From Fimbriiglobus ruber (lineage in GTDB: Bacteria > Planctomycetota > Planctomycetia > Gemmatales > Gemmataceae): DNA of 32,000 nucleotides. The stretch's first letter is position 1; each line of letters starts with the position of its first letter. Below the pieces are notes generated by a model. It made no database searches. It saw only the letters and a program-made list of their open reading frames with translations, and was not told where the DNA came from. Position numbers and translations under genes: made by a program. The stretch covers positions 139,460-171,459 of the forward strand of contig NZ_NIDE01000020.1 in assembly GCF_002197845.1 (NCBI RefSeq), in the 5' to 3' direction. Shown here one piece after another: positions 17,374 through 24,904 of this stretch.

Positions 17374-17592
17374 TCACTCTCTCCGATAAGCTGCTGCCGG
17401 CCCGCTCCACACCTCGCGGTACACCTTGACGCTCCCGCCCCGCCCGTTAACCCGCGAAGCCACGTATTCGGCCTGAGCCTTCGTGGGGCTCAGGCTCTCG
17501 GGGAAGCGGTCGTCTGGGCCGGGGCAGGTGAACGGCTCGCCGTGCTTGTCGGTGCCTTCGACGACCCACCGTTCGGCCGATTTCGGTCTCAT
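17374..17592 (-). CDS. Small hypothetical protein
   Basis: MRPKSAERWVVEGTDKHGEPFTCPGPDDRFPESLSPTKAQAEYVASRV; ATGA overlap with the upstream gene. Confidence 0.5.
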   Translation of the reverse strand: MRPKSAERWVVEGTDKHGEPFTCPGPDDRFPESLSPTKAQAEYVASRVNGRGGSVKVYREVWSGPAAAYRRE

Positions 17593-17897
17593 GACTGTGA
17601 CCCCTCCCCACTCGTATCCTTTGCTGGCCCCGGCACCTCCGGCGGTCCGTCCATCCCGCTGATCCCGCCGCCCTGGACGAGCGTGCCGTCGTTGAAGTCC
17701 GCACTGGCGTTGCTGACGACGGGGAACGGTCCGTCGCCCGGCTGCTGAATGTCCGTGCCGATGCCGCCGATGGGAGGTGCCCAACCCCTCATGTCGAGCA
17801 TCTTCACGCCGGGCAGCAGCTTGTCGTCGTCAGCCGTGGCGACTGGCGTCAGGGTGATGACGGCGTGGCAGTGGGGGCAGCGGATGGAGTTGGGCAT
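17589..17897 (-). CDS. Small Cys-rich protein
   Basis: MPNSIRCPHCHAVITLTPVATADDDKLL... Confidence 0.5.
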   Translation of the reverse strand: MPNSIRCPHCHAVITLTPVATADDDKLLPGVKMLDMRGWAPPIGGIGTDIQQPGDGPFPVVSNASADFNDGTLVQGGGISGMDGPPEVPGPAKDTSGEGSQS

Positions 17898-17907
17898 GGC
17901 GGGCACC

Positions 17908-18069
17908 TCACTTGACCCCAAGAATAGACGTCACGCCCCGAACTAAGATCCAACACGTACCAATGAAAGTGCCGATCACCAACGCCGTCAGGGTCAACGA
18001 ACCCAGCAAGGCCACTAAGCACCCATGCGTACCATTGTGCTCGTAGATCTCGGCTGGCGTCTGGTCCAT
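17908..18069 (-). CDS. Small single-pass membrane protein
   Basis: Hand-translated MDQTPAEIYEHNGTHGCLVALLGSLTLTALVIGTFIGTCWILVSGRDVYSWVK; ends 10 bp before the next start. Confidence 0.4.
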   Translation of the reverse strand: MDQTPAEIYEHNGTHGCLVALLGSLTLTALVIGTFIGTCWILVRGVTSILGVK

Positions 18070-18079
18070 CCGCACCGGT

Positions 18080-18307
18080 CTACCCTCGCGCCAAGAACCC
18101 CTTCACCGCGACATTGATCGGCATCACTATCCCGTTTAATCGGCACGGCTCGTTGCCATCTCGCTGGCCGCCGAACTCCAGGGTCTTCACCGTGGCGCCG
18201 TCGATCCCGGGGCGGTGCGTGATCGTGAACGAGTCCTCGCCGTAGTAGCCGAGGTCGTTGGCCGCGGTGACGAAGGCGGTCAGCGGGACGATGAGGCGGT
18301 CTTCCAT
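18080..18307 (-). CDS. Small hypothetical protein
   Basis: MEDRLIVPLTAFVTAANDLGYYGEDSFTITHRPG... Confidence 0.5.
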   Translation of the reverse strand: MEDRLIVPLTAFVTAANDLGYYGEDSFTITHRPGIDGATVKTLEFGGQRDGNEPCRLNGIVMPINVAVKGFLARG

Positions 18308-18325
18308 CGGAGGAGTCCTGTGGGG

Positions 18326-18988
18326 TTACGCGGCGGAGGTATCCATCGCGTTGACAATGGTCATCCCGTCCGGCCGAATCCGGATCACTTGGCCACGGAT
18401 CATGGTTCCGGATTCTCTGAACCCGTCGGCACGACTGTAAGTGATGCTCAGTACGTCGTCTTGCGCCTTGCCGAGCATTCCCATGATTTGGCCGTAATCC
18501 AGGAACAGGCTGTTCCATTTCACAAGGCGGCCGTTGAGCCGGATTTCATATTCTTGGGGCTTCGGAACGGCGGCCTGCATCACGGCACCCGGCATGGCGA
18601 CGCCTTCCAGTTTCGCGCTCAGCGACTGTCCGATGTCTGACCAGTCCACATATGGTCGCTTCCCGACAGCGTGAACTAGTGGGCACCCGTAAGCCGCATC
18701 GTCGATGTAAACTTGTGCGTACGCCTTCGGTGAGTCGGTCCAGGACTTTTGCAGCGGATTCACGTTGACCGCCCAGAACTCCAGGCCTTGTGACCGACAG
18801 TATTCGACTGCATCGCTAAGCGGGTTCGTACCGTCATCGCGACCGTCGCTCCGCATCGTCCACAAGATCAACGTGGCGCCCAGACTCTGGAGATGTAGGA
18901 GTGTTTCGATCGCCTTGGGAACGGGAGCCCCGACTCTTGGGAATTCGTGTTCCACGATTGTGCCGTCGAAATCAACGCAAATGATCAC
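18326..18988 (-). CDS. HAD-like phosphatase fused to a C-terminal multiubiquitin-like beta-grasp domain (GTG start likely)
   Basis: HAD: IICVDFDGTIVEHEFPRVGAPVPKAIETLLHLQSLGATLILWTMRSD...YIDDAAYGCPL. C-terminal: YEIRLNGRLVKWNSLFLDYGQIMGMLGKAQDDVLSITYSRADGFRESGTMIRGQVIRIRPDGMTIVNAMDTSAA. Confidence 0.65.
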   Translation of the reverse strand: MIICVDFDGTIVEHEFPRVGAPVPKAIETLLHLQSLGATLILWTMRSDGRDDGTNPLSDAVEYCRSQGLEFWAVNVNPLQKSWTDSPKAYAQVYIDDAAYGCPLVHAVGKRPYVDWSDIGQSLSAKLEGVAMPGAVMQAAVPKPQEYEIRLNGRLVKWNSLFLDYGQIMGMLGKAQDDVLSITYSRADGFRESGTMIRGQVIRIRPDGMTIVNAMDTSAA

Positions 18989-19079
18989 GGGGTATTCCGG
19001 TAAGAGGTAAGGGGCAAGTTTGGGGAGCCTCCGTGCTCCCCGGGTCCGCGCCCCGGGCGACAAAGGGCGCGGGAGCGAA

Positions 19080-19391
19080 TCAGCTGCCTTCGAGTGCTTG
19101 GAAGTCGGCCAGCACCTTTGCGGCGTTGGCCCCTTCGGTGCCGATCGTTGCGAGGATCTGGGCCACGTTTTGCGACGTGATCGCCCCGTACACGGCTATC
19201 CCACCACCGATCAGTGCGGACACGTCGGCGGGAAGCGGGCTATCGCCGAGTTTCGTCAGGTCTGCCACGATCAGAGCGAACAGGCCGGCCGGGTCCGAAG
19301 CGTACTGACTGATGAGGGCCAGGACCGCCGACCAATTGAAGGTCGGGATGGTAAAGACGGTCAGGCTCGCGGGTAAAGCGGTCAGAGTCAC
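19080..19391 (-). CDS. Hypothetical hydrophobic protein
   Basis: MTLTALPASLTVFTIPTFNWSAVLALISQYASDPAGLFALIVADLTKL...ADVSALIGGGIAVYGAITSQNVAQILATIG. Confidence 0.5.
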   Translation of the reverse strand: MTLTALPASLTVFTIPTFNWSAVLALISQYASDPAGLFALIVADLTKLGDSPLPADVSALIGGGIAVYGAITSQNVAQILATIGTEGANAAKVLADFQALEGS

Positions 19392-19460
19392 AGGTCAAGT
19401 CTCCGTTGAGTGAGTCGGGGTCAGGGGAGGAGGTGGCCCCCACGCAGGGGGCCGGGGATG

Positions 19461-20651
19461 CTACGGCTTCAGGACCGGGGTGTACCCGCCCGGGACGGTC
19501 ACGGTTTTCTTGTCGAGGTCGATGGTGATGGACCCGGCGGCCGGGGTCGGCGGATTGGGAGCCGGGGGCACGGGTGGAACCGGCGGGGTAGGGCCGGGCG
19601 GCACAGGAGCCGTCCCGTTAATCTTCGCCCACGCCGCCGCGTAACCGATCTGGGCCGAGTTGCGGGCGATCCGCATGCAACCCTTCTCGCCCCAGGACTC
19701 GTTCCAATGGTTTTGCATGATCCAGCACGGAGGGGAAGTCGTATCGTCCCATCCGAGCAGGTTGACGGCGTGGTCCACGTCGCCAGCGGTCAGCGGCGGG
19801 CCGGTGAAAATCCCACTGGAGTAGGCCATGAAATTATCGTCTGCCGCCACGCAGACCGAGATTTGCCCATAGGCCAGAATCGCATCCTTGACGCTCTGCT
19901 CATCCGGAATCGTGGAATCGCTGCCGACGTACCCATGCGCATCGATCTTGTGGGTTCCTGCCGCCCCGCTGCACTGGCCGACCGCGCCGTTGTAGGGCGA
20001 CTGGGTCGCGTCGTTGTCGGTGTTCCCGAGCAACCATTCCATTACGTCGGACGGGAACCCACCGTCGCAACCGCCCGTGTTCGAACACGCCAGCGTGTGG
20101 GCGTAGGACCATGTCACCGTGTTCTTGACTCCGGCCTTCTTCTCAGCCGACATACAGGCCTTGTCTGCCGAGAAGTTGTAGCAGTCGCCGCACTGCATCT
20201 GATCATCAACATCTGTCGCAAAGCCGAGCGGCCGAATGTCGTATTGGGCTTGCGTGGCTCGCGGCAGGACGGGCCGGTAAGGGGCTTTCGCCTTGATCCG
20301 CTCGTGCAAGTTCGCGGGCAGTTTCAAGCCCTTGACGGACCTGGAAGCGGCCTTGAACGACTCCTTGCCGATCTGGTGGTTTGTGAACCCGGCCTTCAGG
20401 TGAATCTCGTGGCTCAGGGCTTCGAGCTGGGCCACCTTGTCGAACACGGGCGACCGCTTCGTCTTGAATTTGTGGCCGTTGGACTTCAGGTGGGCGTCGA
20501 TCGCCGCGAGGCGGGCATCGGCCGGATGAGTCTTCGCAGCGGCGGCCACGGCCGGAGGAGTCACCAGGTTGCTCACAGTCGCTGCGGACACCGCCGCAAT
20601 GACGACCGCGATCGCGCTGATGCCGATCAATAGGTAGGAAACTTTTCGCAA
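19461..20651 (-). CDS. Papain-like (C1A) cysteine protease with N-terminal membrane segment (TTG start proposed)
   Basis: DVDDQMQCGDCYNFSADKACMS (Cys), DVDHAVNLLGWDD (His), CWIMQNHWNESWGEKGCMRIAR (Asn); YLLIGISAIAVVIAAVSAATV near the N-terminus. Confidence 0.85.
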   Translation of the reverse strand: MRKVSYLLIGISAIAVVIAAVSAATVSNLVTPPAVAAAAKTHPADARLAAIDAHLKSNGHKFKTKRSPVFDKVAQLEALSHEIHLKAGFTNHQIGKESFKAASRSVKGLKLPANLHERIKAKAPYRPVLPRATQAQYDIRPLGFATDVDDQMQCGDCYNFSADKACMSAEKKAGVKNTVTWSYAHTLACSNTGGCDGGFPSDVMEWLLGNTDNDATQSPYNGAVGQCSGAAGTHKIDAHGYVGSDSTIPDEQSVKDAILAYGQISVCVAADDNFMAYSSGIFTGPPLTAGDVDHAVNLLGWDDTTSPPCWIMQNHWNESWGEKGCMRIARNSAQIGYAAAWAKINGTAPVPPGPTPPVPPVPPAPNPPTPAAGSITIDLDKKTVTVPGGYTPVLKP

Positions 20652-20680
20652 AGTCGCACTCCGAACAGGTAAAGGGTCTC

Positions 20681-21127
20681 TCACTTTTTCGCCACCAACC
20701 GCGGCTTCCGCCGCTCCAACTCGTTCGGCACGTCGCTCGCGTATAGCGGCATGATCTGCCACAGTGGGATCTCGTCGGGGGTCAGCATCCCCGCCGCCCG
20801 CAACTCATCCTCAAGAACCCGCCGCCGGTCGCACGCATCCCAGAACCGCGTCGCATGTTCCGGGAGCCGTTCCCGCCCGCACATCGCCATCCATGCCGAC
20901 AACCGCACCCCGCCGTCTACGAGCCACGGGCACCGACCTGCCGCGATCCGCCCCGCCCGGTAGGCCCGCTCCGGGTCGTCGCTCACGTCCAACGCCGCGG
21001 CCAGGGTGCCCAGCGGGGAGGAGCGGAGGCGGGCGTCGGCCCGGTCCCTGACGGTCCAGTTGGGGGACGCGAGGGCGGAGAGGCTGGGGCCGTAGAGGAT
21101 GGCGAGGAGGAGGCGGGCGAGGATCAC
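20681..21127 (-). CDS. Putative exported hypothetical protein
   Basis: MILARLLLAILYGPSLSALASPNWTVRDRADARLRSSPLG... Confidence 0.55.
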   Translation of the reverse strand: MILARLLLAILYGPSLSALASPNWTVRDRADARLRSSPLGTLAAALDVSDDPERAYRAGRIAAGRCPWLVDGGVRLSAWMAMCGRERLPEHATRFWDACDRRRVLEDELRAAGMLTPDEIPLWQIMPLYASDVPNELERRKPRLVAKK

Positions 21128-21519
21128 GCAACATCCCCCATGGCGTGAGACGGCCGGGTGGTTGCCCCGTACGCCGACGGTTGCCCCTCGCTCTTAACTT
21201 CGTAAAAGGCGAACGGCAGCCTGCCGGTGTGCTTAACGCTCTTGTCGGCGGTGCCCAGAATTATGGCCGAGCAGTCCCAAAAAGTCGGCCCGTGGTGCGG
21301 ACTCGTTGGGTCGTCATGGGCTGGGTCGTAGGCCAATCCCGCACCGCACGAGCAACGGCTGTGCGCCGCGTAGACGAGGCGATCCGCGAGGGGCTTCGCC
21401 TTCGTCTCGGCTTCCCGAATCGCAGTCGCCTTCTTCCGCAGTTCGGCAGCCTCAGCTTCCAACCCCTCGGCTGAAGCGATAAGAAATTCGTACCCTTGTT
21501 GCGGGCCAAGTTTTCCCAT
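21124..21519 (-). CDS. Hypothetical Cys-containing protein
   Basis: MGKLGPQQGYEFLIASAEGLEAEAAELRKKA...CSCGAGLAYDPAHDD. Confidence 0.55.
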   Translation of the reverse strand: MGKLGPQQGYEFLIASAEGLEAEAAELRKKATAIREAETKAKPLADRLVYAAHSRCSCGAGLAYDPAHDDPTSPHHGPTFWDCSAIILGTADKSVKHTGRLPFAFYEVKSEGQPSAYGATTRPSHAMGDVA

Positions 21520-21521
21520 GT

Positions 21522-21722
21522 CTATCGCTCCTGTTGGACGGCCCTGTAGAGGTTCGGCAGAGCCCTCCGGTAACCGACACACTCGTCGCAGTCTCTCGTA
21601 AACGTGTCGGCGTCGAAAGTTCCCGGCTCACCGCAAGACGGGCAGATGTCGTCACGGCCCGATTTGGACACCCAAATCCTGTTGCCGAAACAGTCGTCGA
21701 TTTGCTCGATGTCGCTGCTCAT
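21522..21722 (-). CDS. Small zinc-ribbon-like protein
   Basis: DICPSCGEPGTFDADTFTRDCDECVGYRRA; ATGA overlap with the upstream gene. Confidence 0.55.
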   Translation of the reverse strand: MSSDIEQIDDCFGNRIWVSKSGRDDICPSCGEPGTFDADTFTRDCDECVGYRRALPNLYRAVQQER

Positions 21723-21976
21723 TTGTACCCCTTCGCCTTACGCCGTTTGGCCACCCGCTTCTCGAACGCCCGGCGATCCGACGCGTTGTGCGGCCGTCGC
21801 CTCAGTTCGAGCCGATCCCGAGCGTCCTGTTCGGCTTGCGTCTTGAGCGTCTGAAACTCCTCGAACCACCGCGGCCGGCAAACGAGATGCAGCGAACGTA
21901 TCCCGGCCTCGCTGTGAGGTGGGACACAGTCGGCACGGCCGCACAACGGGCAATACGTGACGGTCGTGCCTACCAT
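21719..21976 (-). CDS. Small Cys-rich basic protein
   Basis: MVGTTVTYCPLCGRADCVPPHSEAG...; GGAGGT ribosome-binding site before ATG 21976. Confidence 0.5.
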   Translation of the reverse strand: MVGTTVTYCPLCGRADCVPPHSEAGIRSLHLVCRPRWFEEFQTLKTQAEQDARDRLELRRRPHNASDRRAFEKRVAKRRKAKGYK

Positions 21977-22065
21977 CGTCGCCACCTCCGCCAGACCCAC
22001 CGCGCCCCGCACATCGCGAGGACGGTCAGAGCCCACACCGACGTCAGGGTGAGGAACAGGGTCAC
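21970..22065 (-). CDS. Very small membrane protein
   Basis: VTLFLTLTSVWALTVLAMCGARWVWRRWRRW; GTGA overlap with the upstream gene. Confidence 0.35.
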   Translation of the reverse strand: MTLFLTLTSVWALTVLAMCGARWVWRRWRRW

Positions 22066-22334
22066 CCGAAGCACACCGCGAGGTACGCGAGACAGCCGAG
22101 TACGATCGCCCAGACAAATGCCGGCCAGAAGTCTCGCCAAGGGAACGGCTCGGGGGCCGTGTCTCGCTGCGATTGCCGGGCCGATATCGCCATGAACCAG
22201 GCATCTAGCCTCTGCTGGCAGGCGGCGCACGTTCTGTCGAAATGGATGCCGCTAGCGTGGTGATCCCGGTGGCAACCACAGGGGTAATCCTCCGAGCGAA
22301 CGACCGCCCCCGGTGAAATTAGGACTGCCATCAC
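22062..22334 (-). CDS. Small protein with Cys/His cluster and C-terminal membrane segment
   Basis: CGCHRDHHASGIHFDRTCAACQQRL...FWPAFVWAIVLGCLAYLAVCFG. Confidence 0.55.
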   Translation of the reverse strand: MMAVLISPGAVVRSEDYPCGCHRDHHASGIHFDRTCAACQQRLDAWFMAISARQSQRDTAPEPFPWRDFWPAFVWAIVLGCLAYLAVCFG

Positions 22335-22399
22335 TTCCCTCCGAGTCGTGCCCGCAACTCCGCGATTTGCTCGCCCTGCGAGACCGTGGCCGCCGTTTC

Positions 22400-22847
22400 T
22401 TAGGGTCGCGGAATCATCACAGACCCCGCCCGCAACTCGCGGACGAGCGAGTCGATCGCGGCCCGCGTGTTGCCCATCTCGTGGACGATCTGGTCGTCCT
22501 TCACCTGGAGTGCCCGGGTGGCATCTGTCAGGGCTCGAATCTCCTCGCGGATGAGTTGCCGGTCCTCACGCGCGGCCGTCGACGCATCCCGCTGGTTCAT
22601 GAAGAACAAGCCGATGATCACCATCATCGCCGTGGCGTTCCCGATGGTCGCCATGAGTCCCTTCATGCCCATCCCGCCGAGTTCGCCGGCTACGCTTTTG
22701 GCCACGGCAACGCCCGTAGCGGTCCCCGTGGCAATCGCGGCCGTCATCGCGGTCCCCGGCTTAACTTGGTCGAGGGGTGGCCCGGTACGCCGGTCGGGGC
22801 CGCTGTACGGCTCGTGGGCGGCGGCGGTATCTGTGGCGGCACTCATT
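22400..22847 (-). CDS. Membrane protein with predicted coiled region
   Basis: Internal ATG 22847: MSAATDTAAAHEPYS...GLMATIGNATAMMVIIGLFFMNQRDASTAAREDRQLIREEIRALTDATRALQ. Confidence 0.5.
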
Positions 22848-22886
22848 GGTGGGGCTCCGTCGTGTCGGGGCGAACTGGGCGGGTGC

Positions 22887-23435
22887 TTACTCCGAAACGA
22901 AGTCGGCTTTGACCGCCGCCCCGTCCTTGTCGGCCCGCGGGTACAGCGTGACTTCCAGAGACCGGACCGCTTGTGCCCCGGCAACTTCCGCCCGGGTGGC
23001 GGGCTTGCCGTTGAGCGTGATCTTCGACTCCGGATCTTTGAAAACGACGGGGAACGTCACCCCCTGATCCTGGTAGCTGAGGGTGAGCAGCAGGGTCGAT
23101 TGAAATGCGAAGTCGTTGACCACGACCATGCTAACAACCGTACCGTGCTCCTTGGGGCGAGGCATGGCCTTCGGGGCCGGCGAGGGCTGCACTGCATCGT
23201 GGATGAACTCCCACCGCCGCAATTCCTGGTGGAATCGGTAATGGCCCGTCACGCCCTTCGGGGGCACCGGCAGGGTCGACACGGCGGGGGCGGCCGGGTA
23301 CGCGACCTGATGGAAGGCCGGGGCGGCTGAGGGTGCGAATTGCGGGGCCGGACACCCGAGCGGGCCACATTGGGCCGAGGCGAGTCCGGCCGACGTCAGG
23401 GCGAGAATCGACGTGAGTAAAAGCTTCTTCCGCAT
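22887..23435 (-). CDS. Secreted protein with signal peptide
   Basis: MRKKLLLTSILALTSAGLASAQCGPLGCPAPQ... Confidence 0.75.
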   Translation of the reverse strand: MRKKLLLTSILALTSAGLASAQCGPLGCPAPQFAPSAAPAFHQVAYPAAPAVSTLPVPPKGVTGHYRFHQELRRWEFIHDAVQPSPAPKAMPRPKEHGTVVSMVVVNDFAFQSTLLLTLSYQDQGVTFPVVFKDPESKITLNGKPATRAEVAGAQAVRSLEVTLYPRADKDGAAVKADFVSE

Positions 23436-23571
23436 CTCTGCCTCCCGTTAGGGTGTCTCATCGTGGGCGACACCACCGCACTCTACCGCGGCCCGTTGCC
23501 TGAGTGAGTGCTTCTCCCCCGGCAGATCGCACCGGAAGGGGCTAACGGAGAAGGTGCGATGCGGCGGGGAA

Positions 23572-23790
23572 CTAGCCTTCGAGATTCGCTTGCACGAAGC
23601 ACGGGGCACAGATCGGCCGACCGTGGGTAAACGTCCACAGGAGTCCCACGACATCCTCACAGCCATGAAGCCGCCGTTCGGAGTCGCGTGAGACGAGATC
23701 GCCGCAGACGTGACAATTGCAGACGAGCAGGGCATCGGGGAGGAGGTCGAGCATGTCACCGTCGGTCAGGTCGGGCGGGTCGGAAGTCAT
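23572..23790 (-). CDS. Small Cys-rich protein
   Basis: LLVCNCHVCGDLVSRDSERRLHGCEDVVG...CAPCFVQ; ATGA overlap with the upstream gene. Confidence 0.5.
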   Translation of the reverse strand: MTSDPPDLTDGDMLDLLPDALLVCNCHVCGDLVSRDSERRLHGCEDVVGLLWTFTHGRPICAPCFVQANLEG

Positions 23791-24032
23791 TGCTGCCCCA
23801 GCGGGAAGGGTTCGGTGCCGTCGTCCACAGGCGCGTCAGTCCGGAGCGTCTTGTAGATCCATCCATACCCGTTGAGATGTTCGAGGCTGAAATCCGAGAG
23901 AAGTGGGTCGTCAGTCTCGCCCTGGATCGCGATCGCCATCACCGCCGGGTCGCCACGCCACGCTTCCCAGAACCTGACGTACCGCCAGGACGCAATGCTC
24001 AGAACCATGCGGTGGAACGCGGCGAGAGTCAC
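23787..24032 (-). CDS. Hypothetical protein (GTG start)
   Basis: MTLAAFHRMVLSIASWRYVRFWEAWRGDPAVMAIAIQGETDDPLL; GTGA overlap with the upstream gene. Confidence 0.5.
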   Translation of the reverse strand: MTLAAFHRMVLSIASWRYVRFWEAWRGDPAVMAIAIQGETDDPLLSDFSLEHLNGYGWIYKTLRTDAPVDDGTEPFPLGQQ

Positions 24033-24145
24033 GGGTGGGCACCCCGGAGGAGGAACAGGACGTACAGACTGAGGCCCATGATGGCGGCCAGAGCGCCGCC
24101 GGAAGCGACGACACCAAGCCAGAAGGCGAAGCGGGCACCGGCCAT
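24029..24145 (-). CDS. Very small membrane protein
   Basis: MAGARFAFWLGVVASGGALAAIMGLSLYVLFLLRGAHP; ATGA overlap with the upstream gene. Confidence 0.45.
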   Translation of the reverse strand: MAGARFAFWLGVVASGGALAAIMGLSLYVLFLLRGAHP

Positions 24146-24366
24146 CAGGGGCACACGTGTTGAGGAATAAAAAAGTGCCCCGCCAAAGCGCCCATCGCGA
24201 ACACGAACGTAATGAGCAGCCACAGTTTGCGACTACTCCAAGCCATGATCTGGTAGGAAATCGTTGCGTTGTTCCCCCAGATCCGGTACGCGAGGTAGTC
24301 GTACAGGAGGATCGCGGGGGCCGCGAGGACGATCAGGATTAGGGTCAGAGTTTCGCCGGTGTTCAT
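24145..24366 (-). CDS. Small membrane protein, holin-like by size and hydrophobicity only
   Basis: ETLTLILIVLAAPAILLYDYLAY...LWLLITFVFAMGALAGHFF (two hydrophobic segments). Confidence 0.55.
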   Translation of the reverse strand: MNTGETLTLILIVLAAPAILLYDYLAYRIWGNNATISYQIMAWSSRKLWLLITFVFAMGALAGHFFIPQHVCP

Positions 24367-24376
24367 GTGATACCTC

Positions 24377-24904
24377 TCATGTCGTCAGGGGATCGCCTGC
24401 CCCGGCCGCCAACAGCCCGAGCGTGGTGGTGACGATCGTGGCCTGGTCGAGCCTTGCTCCGCACTGAGCGGCCACGGTCGCGGGGTCGGTCGCACCGGCG
24501 ATGCCGCCCGGTCCGCGGTTCGCTGCAATTTGGGCGGTGATCGCAGCGGCAGTGGGCATGGCCACGTTGGCCGCCGCCGCGATCAATTGGAGGGTCGCCC
24601 AGAGCCCTTCGGCCACGTCGTTCACCCGGTAGTGGAGGGCCGCGTCCCCGGCCCTGGCCCCCGTTGCGGTCGGTGAGACGCCGCCGAGCATGTCCGCCTG
24701 GGCCGACTGCGTTAGCCACGTCGTCGTTGCCGCGGTCAAGTCGCCGACCGTGTCCGGCAGCGGTCCGCCGATCTGGGGCGGCGGCCCCGACCAATAAAAT
24801 ACCTGATACCCGGGGTACAAAGCCGGGTTAACGGTGGTGTCATCGTGAGTCGCAAATATGCTCCCCGTAACGCCGTCCGCGTTGATGGACGCGACAATTT
24901 GCAT
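24377..24904 (-). CDS. Phage-structural-like hypothetical protein
   Basis: MQIVASINADGVTGSIFATHDDTTVNPALYPGYQVFYW...; TGATG junction with the beta-helix gene. Confidence 0.55.
   Translation of the reverse strand: MQIVASINADGVTGSIFATHDDTTVNPALYPGYQVFYWSGPPPQIGGPLPDTVGDLTAATTTWLTQSAQADMLGGVSPTATGARAGDAALHYRVNDVAEGLWATLQLIAAAANVAMPTAAAITAQIAANRGPGGIAGATDPATVAAQCGARLDQATIVTTTLGLLAAGAGDPLTT

Noticed and set aside
22467-23330. 287-aa plus-strand ORF
   Set aside because: Overlaps two minus-strand genes with signal peptide and membrane features; composition looks non-coding
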